A DNA stretch of 64,000 nucleotides. Source: Calditrichia bacterium. GTDB lineage: Bacteria; Calditrichota; Calditrichia; JAJRVZ01. Below the pieces are notes generated by a model that was not told the origin of the DNA, did not search any database, and worked only from the letters and a program-made list of their open reading frames with translations. The stretch lies in contig CAWCNS010000004.1 of the NCBI GenBank assembly GCA_963796965.1, forward strand, positions 1,018,300-1,082,299, read 5' to 3'. A program made the translations under genes and the position numbers. Shown piece after piece: positions 22,961 through 33,600 of the stretch (position 1 is the first letter of the stretch; the number at the start of each line of letters is the position of its first letter).

Positions 22961-24005
22961 GAGTAGAGGTGTAATTTATTTATTACAGAGGAGCAGCTTG
23001 ATGCTGCTCCTTTTTTATTTATTGTCATGTGAAAAAGATGATATCCAGTATGGCTGGACGGGCATGACAATGGGCACAACCTATCAGGTGAAAATCACAC
23101 ATCTGGTTTTGGCTGAACATGAAGTTATTCAATTAAAAAGCTGGGTTGATTCTGCGCTTGTTGAAGTGAACCGACAAATGTCTACATACGACCCTCAGAG
23201 TGAAATATCGAGATTTAATAAGTATCAAGATACCCTTGCCTTTCCGGTGTCTTCAGAGTTTGCTAGGGTTGTCTCAAAGGCAATAGAAGTGTCACGAATC
23301 TCCAATAATTCATTTGATATCACGGTAGCGAATCTTGTGAATCTTTGGGGCTTTGGTAAGAAAGGAAAAAGAATTGTACCTCCGGCAAAGGAAGATATTT
23401 TAGCAGCAATGAGGAATGTTGGGGTTCACTATGTTAACTCTGTTGATGGTAAAGCATTGAAAAAAAATAATGCGAAGGTTCAGATAGATTTAAGTGCCAT
23501 TGCAAAGGGTTATGGTGTCGATGTCGTGGCTCAAATTCTCAAAGCCAGGAATATTTTGAATTTTATGGTTGAGATTGGTGGCGAGGTTATAACCAAAGGT
23601 GTAAATGCATCCGGAGAACCATGGAAGATAGGTATTGATAGCCCCGGTCTTGCTAACCTTCCAGGGCAGAATATCAGATCCATTCTGGCACTCAAAGATG
23701 TGGCTGTCGCAACATCCGGTGATTACCGGAATTATTTTGAATATGAAGGGAAAATATATTCACATACCATTAATCCGAAGACGGGAAGACCTGTAACCCA
23801 CGATTTAGCCAGTGCGACAGTAATAGCAAAAGACTGTATGACTGCTGATGCTCTCGCAACCGCTATTATGGTAATGGGAAGAGATGAGGGAATGAAATTC
23901 ATTGAAAAAATAAAAAATGCCGAAGCCCTGATGATTACCCGTAGAGGCCTCGAATCATATAGTAGCTTTCAATCGTCGGGATTTTCAAAATATGTATTTA
24001 AATAG
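22947..24005 (+). CDS. apbE: FAD:protein FMN transferase (lipoprotein)
   Basis: Lipobox [38 protein letters not shown]. Confidence 0.95.
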   Translation: MMFFKSRGVIYLLQRSSLMLLLFYLLSCEKDDIQYGWTGMTMGTTYQVKITHLVLAEHEVIQLKSWVDSALVEVNRQMSTYDPQSEISRFNKYQDTLAFPVSSEFARVVSKAIEVSRISNNSFDITVANLVNLWGFGKKGKRIVPPAKEDILAAMRNVGVHYVNSVDGKALKKNNAKVQIDLSAIAKGYGVDVVAQILKARNILNFMVEIGGEVITKGVNASGEPWKIGIDSPGLANLPGQNIRSILALKDVAVATSGDYRNYFEYEGKIYSHTINPKTGRPVTHDLASATVIAKDCMTADALATAIMVMGRDEGMKFIEKIKNAEALMITRRGLESYSSFQSSGFSKYVFK

Positions 24006-24191
24006 TCATGACTTCGCTTCTAAAATCATCTGTACTAAATGTCAAATGTAACCCAAATTCCCCAAGATCAAAGCAGTTTGATTAAATATAGTAATTGGAA
24101 GTTGGATATTTATTTGTCATTTGGATTTTGACATTTGATATTGGAAAAAAGGTATATCAAAATTAGGTAGGTGAATAGTTCTCAGGTTAGT

Positions 24192-24458
24192 TTAGTTGTC
24201 AGAAAAATGTTCTTCCTGGAAACGACGTTTTCGGGACGGATTTCCTAATTGGGCAACAGTGGCAAAACCTTCTTTATCTCCACTATGGCAAATTTCAGCT
24301 TCTTTGGAAGGGCAAACTCCACAACTCAGTTCTTCTCCTTTAACATGCAGACCACTCCCACAAGAACCGGCACGAAGACTTTTTTTCGTAAAGATGACAC
24401 CAACAGAGAGTAGAAAAAATGATGCTCCAAATATTCCTATTGCAAGTAACGTTTCCAT
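24192..24458 (-). CDS. nqrM: Na+-NQR maturation factor NqrM-like small membrane protein
   Basis: Single N-terminal TM followed by GSCG and Cys-rich CGVCP...C; adjacent to nqrA-F and apbE. Confidence 0.75.
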   Translation of the reverse strand: METLLAIGIFGASFFLLSVGVIFTKKSLRAGSCGSGLHVKGEELSCGVCPSKEAEICHSGDKEGFATVAQLGNPSRKRRFQEEHFSDN

Positions 24459-24630
24459 AATTCCAATCTACCAAAATTTACTGATTATACCAATTATTTA
24501 ATTAACGCGTAATTTTTTATTCTCACACAATCTCTTAATCGCGTCGTTAGATTCTGACTATATTATAATCTATTTAACTAAAAAATATAAGTTATTCTTC
24601 CATAATTATTTAAAAATGTAACCTGGATCA

Positions 24631-25650
24631 CTAAAATGTTAGTACAACCTTCCCCATTTGTCTGTTTTCTTCTAAATATCTGTGCGCGGCAGATATTTTA
24701 TCAATATCATAGACCCTGCTAATTATTGGATCTAATACTTTACGCTCGATTAATTCACAAATTTCAGTAAGATCTTTGCGGTTTCCCATGGTAGAACCAA
24801 TGATTTGTTGATGTTTAATGAATAAATGGCGCAGATCTAAACGTACATATGGTCCCGTCGTTGCCCCGCAGGTTACTATTTTTCCGCCCTTTTTTAACGA
24901 ACGAATCGAATGCGTCCAGCTCTTTTCTCCCACATGATCAAATACTGCATCCACTCCTTTACCATCGGTAATCTCCCGAATTGCATGGCCTACATTCTCT
25001 TTTTTATAATCGATGCAATGATCAGCTCCAAGCTGCAGGGCAAAGTTCAATTTTTCTTCTGAACCCGCGGTTGAAATAACTTTTGCTCCGATATGTCGGG
25101 AAATTTGGATGGCTGCAGTTCCAATACCGCTGCTTGCTCCCCAAATGAGTATAGTCTGAGAATCATTCAAATGTAATTTTCTAAAAATCATATGATAAGC
25201 AGTTAAAAATGCCAGGGGAAATGCGGCTGCTTTCTCCAAAGTTAAATTTTCTGGTTTGGGCATTACAAATTCTACAGGGGCACAGATATACTCGGCCTGA
25301 ACACCGTCTAAATGTTCCCCGAGAACCCGATATTCATTACTTAACTCCTCTGATTTTCCATAAGGAAGGTCACTTCTAAAGGGTACAATAAATATGTGAT
25401 CCCCTTTTTTTAATCCATTTGAGTGGTTAGAATTACTTCCAAACTCTTCAATAATTCCGGCACCATCACTCCCCAGGATGAGGGGAAGTTTTATACCGGG
25501 AAATCCTTTGCGTACCCACAGGTCAAGGTGGTTAAGGGCTACTGTTTTAATTTTAATTAGTACTTCATTTACTTTTGGGACAGGAATATCCAGGTCATCG
25601 ATCTGCAACACTTCCGGCCCACCGTGTTGATGTATGCGAATGGCTTTCAT
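24631..25650 (-). CDS. Medium-chain dehydrogenase/reductase (quinone oxidoreductase-like)
   Basis: GGPEVL, LNHLDLWVRKG, GASSGIGTAAIQ, GSTMG, GKVVL. Confidence 0.9.
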   Translation of the reverse strand: MKAIRIHQHGGPEVLQIDDLDIPVPKVNEVLIKIKTVALNHLDLWVRKGFPGIKLPLILGSDGAGIIEEFGSNSNHSNGLKKGDHIFIVPFRSDLPYGKSEELSNEYRVLGEHLDGVQAEYICAPVEFVMPKPENLTLEKAAAFPLAFLTAYHMIFRKLHLNDSQTILIWGASSGIGTAAIQISRHIGAKVISTAGSEEKLNFALQLGADHCIDYKKENVGHAIREITDGKGVDAVFDHVGEKSWTHSIRSLKKGGKIVTCGATTGPYVRLDLRHLFIKHQQIIGSTMGNRKDLTEICELIERKVLDPIISRVYDIDKISAAHRYLEENRQMGKVVLTF

Positions 25651-25961
25651 GGATTACCCCAATATTTTTATGAGATATTATTAATATATTACTAGTATCA
25701 AAGAAAACAGATAAGCAGAGAGCAGTATAAATATATATTTTGTAAACTATATATATGCGAATATCAAAAAAATTTCAAATAAATATTAAACATCACTATA
25801 CATATTTTCCCCTGCTTACTGCATTCTGCATTCCGCTTTCTTGAAATAATCTTAATTTTAAATATTTGAATTTGCTCCGTTGATCATTGTCTAAAGGACT
25901 CCTTTGGACAATATTCCGTGATGAATATTGAATATTGTTCTGATAATATGTAATCTTTTAT

Positions 25962-26513
25962 ATGGAATTTTTATTATCGCTGGATACAACCTTATTCTAT
26001 TTTATAAATGTTGATCTACAAAATCCATTTTTTGATTGGTTTATGCCTTTTATAACTGAGAGGCTTCATTGGTTTCCTGTATGGGGTATCTTAATTATAG
26101 GTCTTTTATGGAAGGGCGGGAAAAAGGGGAGAATGGTCGTTTTGCTTATAATACCAGTAATTTTTCTGAGTGATCAGATTTCTGCACATGTATTAAAACC
26201 GCTAATTGCCCGTCCCAGACCTTGTGTTGCACTACCGGATATACATTTGCTTGCCGGTATAAAAAGATCCTTCTCCTTTCCCTCAGCCCATGCTGCCAAT
26301 TTTTTTGCCACCGCCACCTTTTTCAATTATTTTTATCCAAAATATAGATGGGTATATTTTATCGCGGCATTTTTTGTTGCCCTATCCCGTGTCTCAATAG
26401 GGGTACATTATCCGTTGGACATCGTTGCGGGCGGGATCCTCGGTGCCTGTTGTGCATTCGTTGTCATTTTTTTCTGGAAGCTGATTGAAAACTATATCAT
26501 CTCTCGTAAATAA
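25962..26513 (+). CDS. PAP2 family membrane phosphatase
   Basis: K..IARPRP, SFPSAHA, SRVSIGVHYPLD. Confidence 0.93.
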   Translation: MEFLLSLDTTLFYFINVDLQNPFFDWFMPFITERLHWFPVWGILIIGLLWKGGKKGRMVVLLIIPVIFLSDQISAHVLKPLIARPRPCVALPDIHLLAGIKRSFSFPSAHAANFFATATFFNYFYPKYRWVYFIAAFFVALSRVSIGVHYPLDIVAGGILGACCAFVVIFFWKLIENYIISRK

Positions 26514-26707
26514 AATACATCTCTCCACGAATTACACTGATTATGACGACTTTCACGGATTAACTTATTTAACTTTTAAAAATTCCCAATTCCCAATCAA
26601 ACTAACAACTAATTATACAAAATACCAAAATTTCATATAATTGTCTTTAAAATTTTGCATTTCGCAAAACCTTTCCTATATTTAACCTTTTTTCAAAAGG
26701 GGAAGTT

Positions 26708-27691
26708 TTGAGTACACAGCCACAATATCGTAATACTACAAAAAAAATTCTTTCATTTATAAAAAAGCGAAATCAATACCTGGTAACCGCTCATTTGAAT
26801 GCAGATGGTGATGCGATCGCTTCTGTAATTGCCATAGGACTGCTGCTTGACAAACTGGGTAAGAAATATTACATGGTCCTTCATGATGCCCAAATTGATG
26901 ACCGCTTTAACTATCTAAAGAATTTTGATAATATCCATACCTATAGCAGTTCTCACCATTTTCCTATAGAGTCCGCCATAATTCTTGATGTACCGGGTGT
27001 GCATCGTCTGGGAAAAGTAGTGAAATTATTGCCTGATAGATCTGGGATTATAAAAATCGATCATCATCCGGCGGAAGATGATTTTGCCATATTAAACCTG
27101 GCAGATGAAAAAGCTTCATCTGCAACCCAATTGGTTTATGAATTGGTCGAGGAAGCCAATATTAAAATTGATCTGCCATTGGCTGAGGCTATTTATACTG
27201 GAATTGTATATGATACAGGACGATTTTCATTTTCCAATACGACTGCCAGAGATCATCAGATATGTGGGAAGATGGTGGAAATAGGCGTAGATCCTGCCAG
27301 AATAACCAGTCGCATATTCTTTGAGCACTCGTTTGAGTCGGTTAAGACGATCGGCAGTGGGCTTTCGTCAATGGAAAGTTATCTCGATGGCCGGGTTAAT
27401 GTTATCTATCTTGATCTGAAGGCGATGAGCCAGAATCATCAGGGAGAAATAGAGGAGTTGGCTAATTACAGCATCGGTATTCGACGTGGTAAGGTGGGAG
27501 TTTTTATTCGTGAGATTAAACCCCGTTTGCATAAAATTAGCTTGCGTTCAAAAGAAGATGTTGATGTAAATCGTATCGCGAAAGCCTTTGATGGAGGGGG
27601 ACATACCCGTGCATCTGGATGCCGGATTGAAGGGACAAAAAAAGAAGTGATTAAAAAAGTTATAGTAGAGATTGAAAAACAGCGAAAATAA
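26708..27691 (+). CDS. nrnA: DHH/DHHA1 bifunctional oligoribonuclease/PAP phosphatase
   Basis: H.NADGDAIAS, IDHH, DTGRF, SLRS, GGGH. Confidence 0.88.
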   Translation: MSTQPQYRNTTKKILSFIKKRNQYLVTAHLNADGDAIASVIAIGLLLDKLGKKYYMVLHDAQIDDRFNYLKNFDNIHTYSSSHHFPIESAIILDVPGVHRLGKVVKLLPDRSGIIKIDHHPAEDDFAILNLADEKASSATQLVYELVEEANIKIDLPLAEAIYTGIVYDTGRFSFSNTTARDHQICGKMVEIGVDPARITSRIFFEHSFESVKTIGSGLSSMESYLDGRVNVIYLDLKAMSQNHQGEIEELANYSIGIRRGKVGVFIREIKPRLHKISLRSKEDVDVNRIAKAFDGGGHTRASGCRIEGTKKEVIKKVIVEIEKQRK

Positions 27692-27882
27692 TACGCAGAA
27701 AGTCCAAAGGACTCCTTTGGCTAATATATCAGAACTAAATCATTCATGATTTAGCCAAAACCTATCAAATTCCCAATTCCTAATCCCAATGTCAAACCAA
27801 TGCCCAATATCTAAATCTCAATTCATATGTTTATCACGAATCTCGCATCACCTATCCCAAATCACACATCTCATAACCTAAG

Positions 27883-29106
27883 TTATTGGCCATACCTTTC
27901 CACCACATAATCATCCAACATTTTCTGAAAATCTTCAGCGATTCGGTCGCCCTTGAGAGTCGTTGCGTGTTTGCCATCTATATAAACCGGTGCCTTAGGG
28001 GCTTCTCCTGTGCCGGGCAGCGAGATGCCGATATTTGCATGTTTGGATTCGCCGGGGCCATTGACTACACAGCCCATAACAGCAACCTTCAATTCCTCTA
28101 CACCCGGATATTGAATGCGCCAAACAGGCATCTGATCACGAATGTATCCGTTAATATCTTCGGCCAGATGTTGAAAAACAGTACTGGTTGTTCTTCCACA
28201 ACCTGGACAGGCTGTCACCTGAGGTGTAAAACTACGTAATTCCAGACTTTGTAAAACCTGTTGTGCCACACGAACCTCTTCTGAACGATCACCACCTGGT
28301 TTGGGAGTCAGCGAAACGCGGATTGTATCGCCGATACCTTCCTGCAATAAAACAGATAAACCGGCAGTACTTGCAATAACACCCTTATTTCCCATTCCGG
28401 CCTCTGTAAGACCCAGATGCAGGGGGTAATTACATTTAGCAGCAAGTAACCGATATACTTGTATTAGATCCTGTACTCCTGAAACTTTTGCGCTTATAAT
28501 TATCTTGTCGTGGGCCAAACCCACTTTCTCTGCTAAATGTGCAGAGCGCAGAGCACTTTCCATCATCGCCCGGATCGTTACTTCTTTTGTTGTTAAGGGG
28601 TTTTCCAGTTTGGAATTTTCATCCATCATATCTGTTAACAATTTTTTATCCAGAGATCCCCAATTAACACCAATCCGCACCGGTTTTTCAAAGCGAATCG
28701 CCTGCTCAACAATAGTCGTAAAATTTTTATCTCTGGTTTTTGTACCTACGTTTCCCGGATTGATTCTGTATTTGGCTAAAGCTTGTGCACATTCGGGATA
28801 TTTTGTTAGCAGTAAATGACCGTTATAGTGAAAATCACCAATAACAGGTACGGTTATATTTCGCTTTTCTAAAGATTCCATAATCGCAGGAAGTGCTTTT
28901 GCTGCCTCGTCATTGTTGACGGTAACACGCACCAGTTCAGATCCTGCCTGAACAAGAGAACTTATCTGATCAACCGTATTTGCAACATTGGCAGTGTCTG
29001 TATTCGTCATCGATTGAATTACAATCGGATGTTCACTCCCTACAAAAACATCACCGACCTTTACACTAACAGTTTTTCTTCTCACCATATCCTCATTTAA
29101 CCTCAT
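27883..29106 (-). CDS. ispG: (E)-4-hydroxy-3-methylbut-2-enyl-diphosphate synthase
   Basis: [48 protein letters not shown]. Confidence 0.97.
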   Translation of the reverse strand: MRLNEDMVRRKTVSVKVGDVFVGSEHPIVIQSMTNTDTANVANTVDQISSLVQAGSELVRVTVNNDEAAKALPAIMESLEKRNITVPVIGDFHYNGHLLLTKYPECAQALAKYRINPGNVGTKTRDKNFTTIVEQAIRFEKPVRIGVNWGSLDKKLLTDMMDENSKLENPLTTKEVTIRAMMESALRSAHLAEKVGLAHDKIIISAKVSGVQDLIQVYRLLAAKCNYPLHLGLTEAGMGNKGVIASTAGLSVLLQEGIGDTIRVSLTPKPGGDRSEEVRVAQQVLQSLELRSFTPQVTACPGCGRTTSTVFQHLAEDINGYIRDQMPVWRIQYPGVEELKVAVMGCVVNGPGESKHANIGISLPGTGEAPKAPVYIDGKHATTLKGDRIAEDFQKMLDDYVVERYGQ

Positions 29107-29690
29107 TGTTTGGTTCTATTTCAATTCTTTGACATAGAGAACCCCGGGGGCTCACCCTTAATCTGCCCCGTATTACGGGTCAGAGTTAAAAAAAGATAAA
29201 AATTTACCATAAGGACACCACCCCCATATAAATATCTATATCATGTAGATATTGCGGGATAAAATTTCAAGATTTCAAAGCACAAAGTACACAAGAAATA
29301 TTTCTTATATAAATCTCTCGTGATCTTAGTGCCTCCTTTGTAAATTCGTGGTAGTCTTTTTAAATCTAATGCGTAAGGTTATCACTAATTGAAGGTAGCC
29401 CTAGTTTTCCGTGGTTAAACAATTTACAAAAATACTAAGTTGTCATGTTATATCAAATCCGTAATTATTGCCACATATTCCCGTTTAATCGTTTATATTA
29501 AATAAAGTGCCAAAAGCCAAACAATATTTTAAGGGTTTAGTGTATCTTACATTTTTTTTATCAAGATTCAATACTATTCGACGATAATTTTATTATGATT
29601 CCGTCTGAATATAATATTAACGGTCATATATATGAATTCTATAGACTTATTAACTGGTTTTATTAGCAATAAAAAAAGCGTGAGGAATAT

Positions 29691-30608
29691 ATGAAGAGCA
29701 GCCTTAAAACTCTGACAACTGTAATGGTCACTCTAATTCTGATCAGTGGCAGCTGGGCCCAGAAGCAGGAAAAATTACGTATTGCTATCCTTGACTTCAC
29801 CAACACCGGTGGTTTATCCAAGCAGGAAACAACCACATTGGGCAATCGTTTGAGATCTATGTTGGTGAAAACAAACGCCTTTGTCGTAATTGAGAGGGGC
29901 CAGATGGATGATATTCTTAATGAGCAAGGATTTCAGCAAACCGGATGTACGACGACGGAATGTGCTGTTGAAATGGGACGCATGCTCAATGTACAAAAAA
30001 TGATGAGTGGCACCATCGGTAAACTCGGCGCAACCTATACCATCGATTTATCATTAATCGATGTGGAAACGGCTCAGATAGAAAAGTCATTTTTCCGCGA
30101 CTATAAAGGAGAAATCGACGGTCTGCTAAGTCTGATGCAGGTTATCGCCAATCAAATGGCTGAAATCGTTTATGCCAAAGCGCATCCGGTAGAACAAAAA
30201 CCGATGAAAATTGTCCCATTTAGTGTTGATTCGGATCCTTCAGGTGCTTCGATATTTATTAATGGGAATGAAGTAGGTAAAACCCCATTAAAAACCAAGG
30301 CAAAAGAAGGATTGTCGGTGACGATCCGGCTGGAGAAGGAAAACTATACCCCTTGGGAAAAAACGATAGTAATTAAAGAAGATGAAGAAGTAGAAGCTGA
30401 ATTAGTGTATTCCGATGCATATAAAAAAGCCCTGGCTGCAGCAGATAAAGAAGGGGGAAGCAGTACCTGGTTGTGGATCGGTGGCGGTGCTGTTTTATTA
30501 GGTGGTGCTGCAGCAGTAATATTGTCTGGTAGCGGTGGGGATGATGGTGATGATCCGACTACCATGGATGCTGGATTTCCAACACCACCAACCAGACCAT
30601 CTAACTGA
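29691..30608 (+). CDS. Secreted CsgG/HfaB-like domain + PEGA domain protein with C-terminal Gly-rich hydrophobic segment
   Basis: Signal peptide ending SWA; IAILDF...VIERGQMDDILNEQ..CAVEMGRMLNV (CsgG-like); SDPSGASIFING..VGKTP (PEGA); WLWIGGGAVLLGGAAAVIL. Confidence 0.7.
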   Translation: MKSSLKTLTTVMVTLILISGSWAQKQEKLRIAILDFTNTGGLSKQETTTLGNRLRSMLVKTNAFVVIERGQMDDILNEQGFQQTGCTTTECAVEMGRMLNVQKMMSGTIGKLGATYTIDLSLIDVETAQIEKSFFRDYKGEIDGLLSLMQVIANQMAEIVYAKAHPVEQKPMKIVPFSVDSDPSGASIFINGNEVGKTPLKTKAKEGLSVTIRLEKENYTPWEKTIVIKEDEEVEAELVYSDAYKKALAAADKEGGSSTWLWIGGGAVLLGGAAAVILSGSGGDDGDDPTTMDAGFPTPPTRPSN

Positions 30609-30646
30609 TTCGGAAATCTGTTTAAAAAAAATGACATGAGGATATA

Positions 30647-33600
30647 ATGAAGCAGACGATTAAAAGATCTAATCCAAGGAAATCAAAGCAGATTCTACTA
30701 TTTGTCTTTGTTATGATAAGTATGTTGAGTTTGCCTGTATCAGCGCAGGATATTTGGGAACCTGCCCATGGACCCTATGGTGGAAGTGTATATGCAATAA
30801 CTTCTTCACCTAACGGTACGATTTATTCCGGAACTTTATATGGTGGCGTATTTAAATCCACAAATAATGGCAACTCCTGGCAGCCAACCGGATGGACAAG
30901 TGGTGTCTTTTCGCTACTTGCCGTGTCAGATACCATGATATTTGTGGGGAGTCATTCATCCTCTTTCTATCGCAGTACAGATGCGGGTGTGACCTGGCAG
31001 CTAAAAAATAGCGGTCTGCCTACTTCTTCGGTTGAAAGTATGGTCTATAATAGTACCGATGGTTTTATCTTCGCTGCCACATCCCAGGGTATTTACCGAA
31101 GCGGTGATAATGGAGAGAACTGGGTAGCGGTTAATACGAATTTAACTGATCTGGATGTAAATGTCTTGTTGATCACGAGTGCCAATGTGCTCTTTGCGGG
31201 GACGCAAACCAGCGGGATATTCCGTTCTACCAGTGCCGGAGAGTCCTGGACACAACTCGCGGGTGGTCTTCCTACGACCTCTGTTCAGGGTTTGGCCATA
31301 TATAATAATAAATTATATGCAGGTTTGGGTTCGAATTATGGTGTCTATACCTCTAGTGATGGTGGCGATAACTGGAGCAATATTGGCATGACCGGGGAAT
31401 CTATTACCTGCTCTTGCAGCTAATGCAAATGGTGATTTATTTGCCGGTACCTGGCAAACAGGGATTTATTATTCTTCAGATGGTGGGAGCACATGGAATT
31501 CACAGAATATGGGATTTTCACCCCTTAATATTAAAACAATATATGTCGATCCCTCAAATGATGATGTTTATGCCGGTTGTATCTGGTATTATGGAGCGGG
31601 TATCTATTATACAAGGAATGATGGGACAAGCTGGGAGCCCCGAAATGAAGGTTTAAATGGAACCAGAATATGGAGAATGGCGGTCAGTCCGGCTAATAAT
31701 TGGATATTTGCAGGTACTTATTATAGTGGTGCTCTTACCGTTCTCCGGATGGGAATGGATGGGAACAAATCGGTAACGGTATGTCTGAATTACAGAGCTC
31801 ATTTATTCGAGCCTTAGCCATACATCCATCAGGAGCTGTTTTTTCCGGTTCAGGTGGCGGAGGCGTTCATCGATCCATGAATGATGGGATGGATTGGATG
31901 CAGGTATATCCTGAAACGGGAGGATACAGTTTTGTGGGGGCCATGGCTATCCGTGAAGATGGTAAGATTTTTATGGGAGAGAGTGATGGTGATGGTGGTA
32001 TTTTTATTTCTGAAGGCGAGGGAGAGATACTGGCAGGATATAACCAATGGATTAGAGGGAAAGGCCATATATAGTATTGCATTTAACCATCTTCAGCATA
32101 TTTATGTCGGGACCAGCGGTAGTGGAATATTCAGATCGACGAATGACGGGGATACCTGGTCTCCTGTTGGAACAGCCTTAAGTACCTATGATGTTGTTGA
32201 TATAGCCGTGAATGGTGCGAATCATGTTTATGTAACGACAAATGGGCACGGGGTTTTCAAGAGTGTGGATAATTCAACCTGGACACAAGTGGGAACAACG
32301 GCTTTAAGCGACTACAGCAGGCCGATTGCAATAAATGGTAAAGATCATATATTTGTTGGTTCGGGTGATGTAATGGTTTCCAAAGATGGCGGAAATACCT
32401 GGTTACATTACGACAGAGGTTTAAACTCCAATGAAATTAACGATCTGGCTTTCGATATGGAAGAGCGTCTTTATGCCGGAACGTATGATGGTGCATTCAA
32501 GACATTTGAGCCTACCACGGCAACAAAGGTCCATTTTTCCGTAAAAATGAAACATAATGATGGCTTTGATCCTGCTAATGATCAGGTTGTGGCGCGCGGG
32601 AAATTTCAATAATTGGGGTGAATTTGATATGCCATTGATTGCCCAGGAAGATGCCGACTGGACCTATGAGGGTACGGCAATGATAATTAATCCTGATGAG
32701 GCCATTCGTGAGGGTAAATTTGAATTTAAATATGCGATTCCCAGGGGAGGATCCGAAACAGCGGATGATGAATGGGAAAATTTTCCCTATAACCGGTCTG
32801 TTGAATGGGATGGCAATGATGATCTGCAACTTGAAGATGTCTGGTTTAGCAATGAGAGAGATTTTACGCGCATGCAGACTAATGTATTGATGGCTGATAC
32901 AACGATTCCTTTGGTGTGGCCTGGGGTGATTTTAATGGTGATGGTGTAGACGATATTATTGTCACCAGGAGGGGCAGGGAGCTCCGATTCCAATGAGCTG
33001 TTTGAGGGAAAGGTGGATGGCAATTTTGTGAGGATCACCACCGGACCGGTTGTTACAGACAATGGTGAATTCCAGGGCAGCCTGCTGGGGGGATTATGAT
33101 AATGATGGCCATCTTGATCTGTTTGTTGCCAATCTCTCCGGGAGAATCAAATAAACTCTACCGCAATAATGGTGATGGTACATTTGATGGGATGGATATC
33201 GGGCTCTCAGAAGATCTAAATTCTGTCGGGGCAGTATGGGTTGATATCAACAATGACAGTTATCTGGATTTGTTTGTATCTAATTATGGTGGTCAGAATA
33301 ATATTCTCTATATGAACAATGAAGGGAGTTCATTTACAAAAGTGACAGATGGTGTGGTTGTAAATGATGGTGGTGATTCACAGAGGATGTGCCGCCGCTG
33401 ACTTTAATAATGATGGATATATGGATCTTTATGTGGCCAATTCTGGTGGGAGAACCGGGCGAATTTGATTTTCTTTATATGAATAATGGTGACAGCTCCT
33501 TTACAAAAATCACTGCCGGTCCGATTGTGAAAGAAAAAGGTATGTCATTGGGTGGAAGTTGGGGCGATTATAATAATGATGGTTGGCTGGATCTCTATGT

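Noticed and set aside
29140..29230. GC-rich stretch upstream of ispG as a tRNA or riboswitch
   Set aside because: No cloverleaf, T-loop or known aptamer core; only a cccgtattacggg micro-palindrome.
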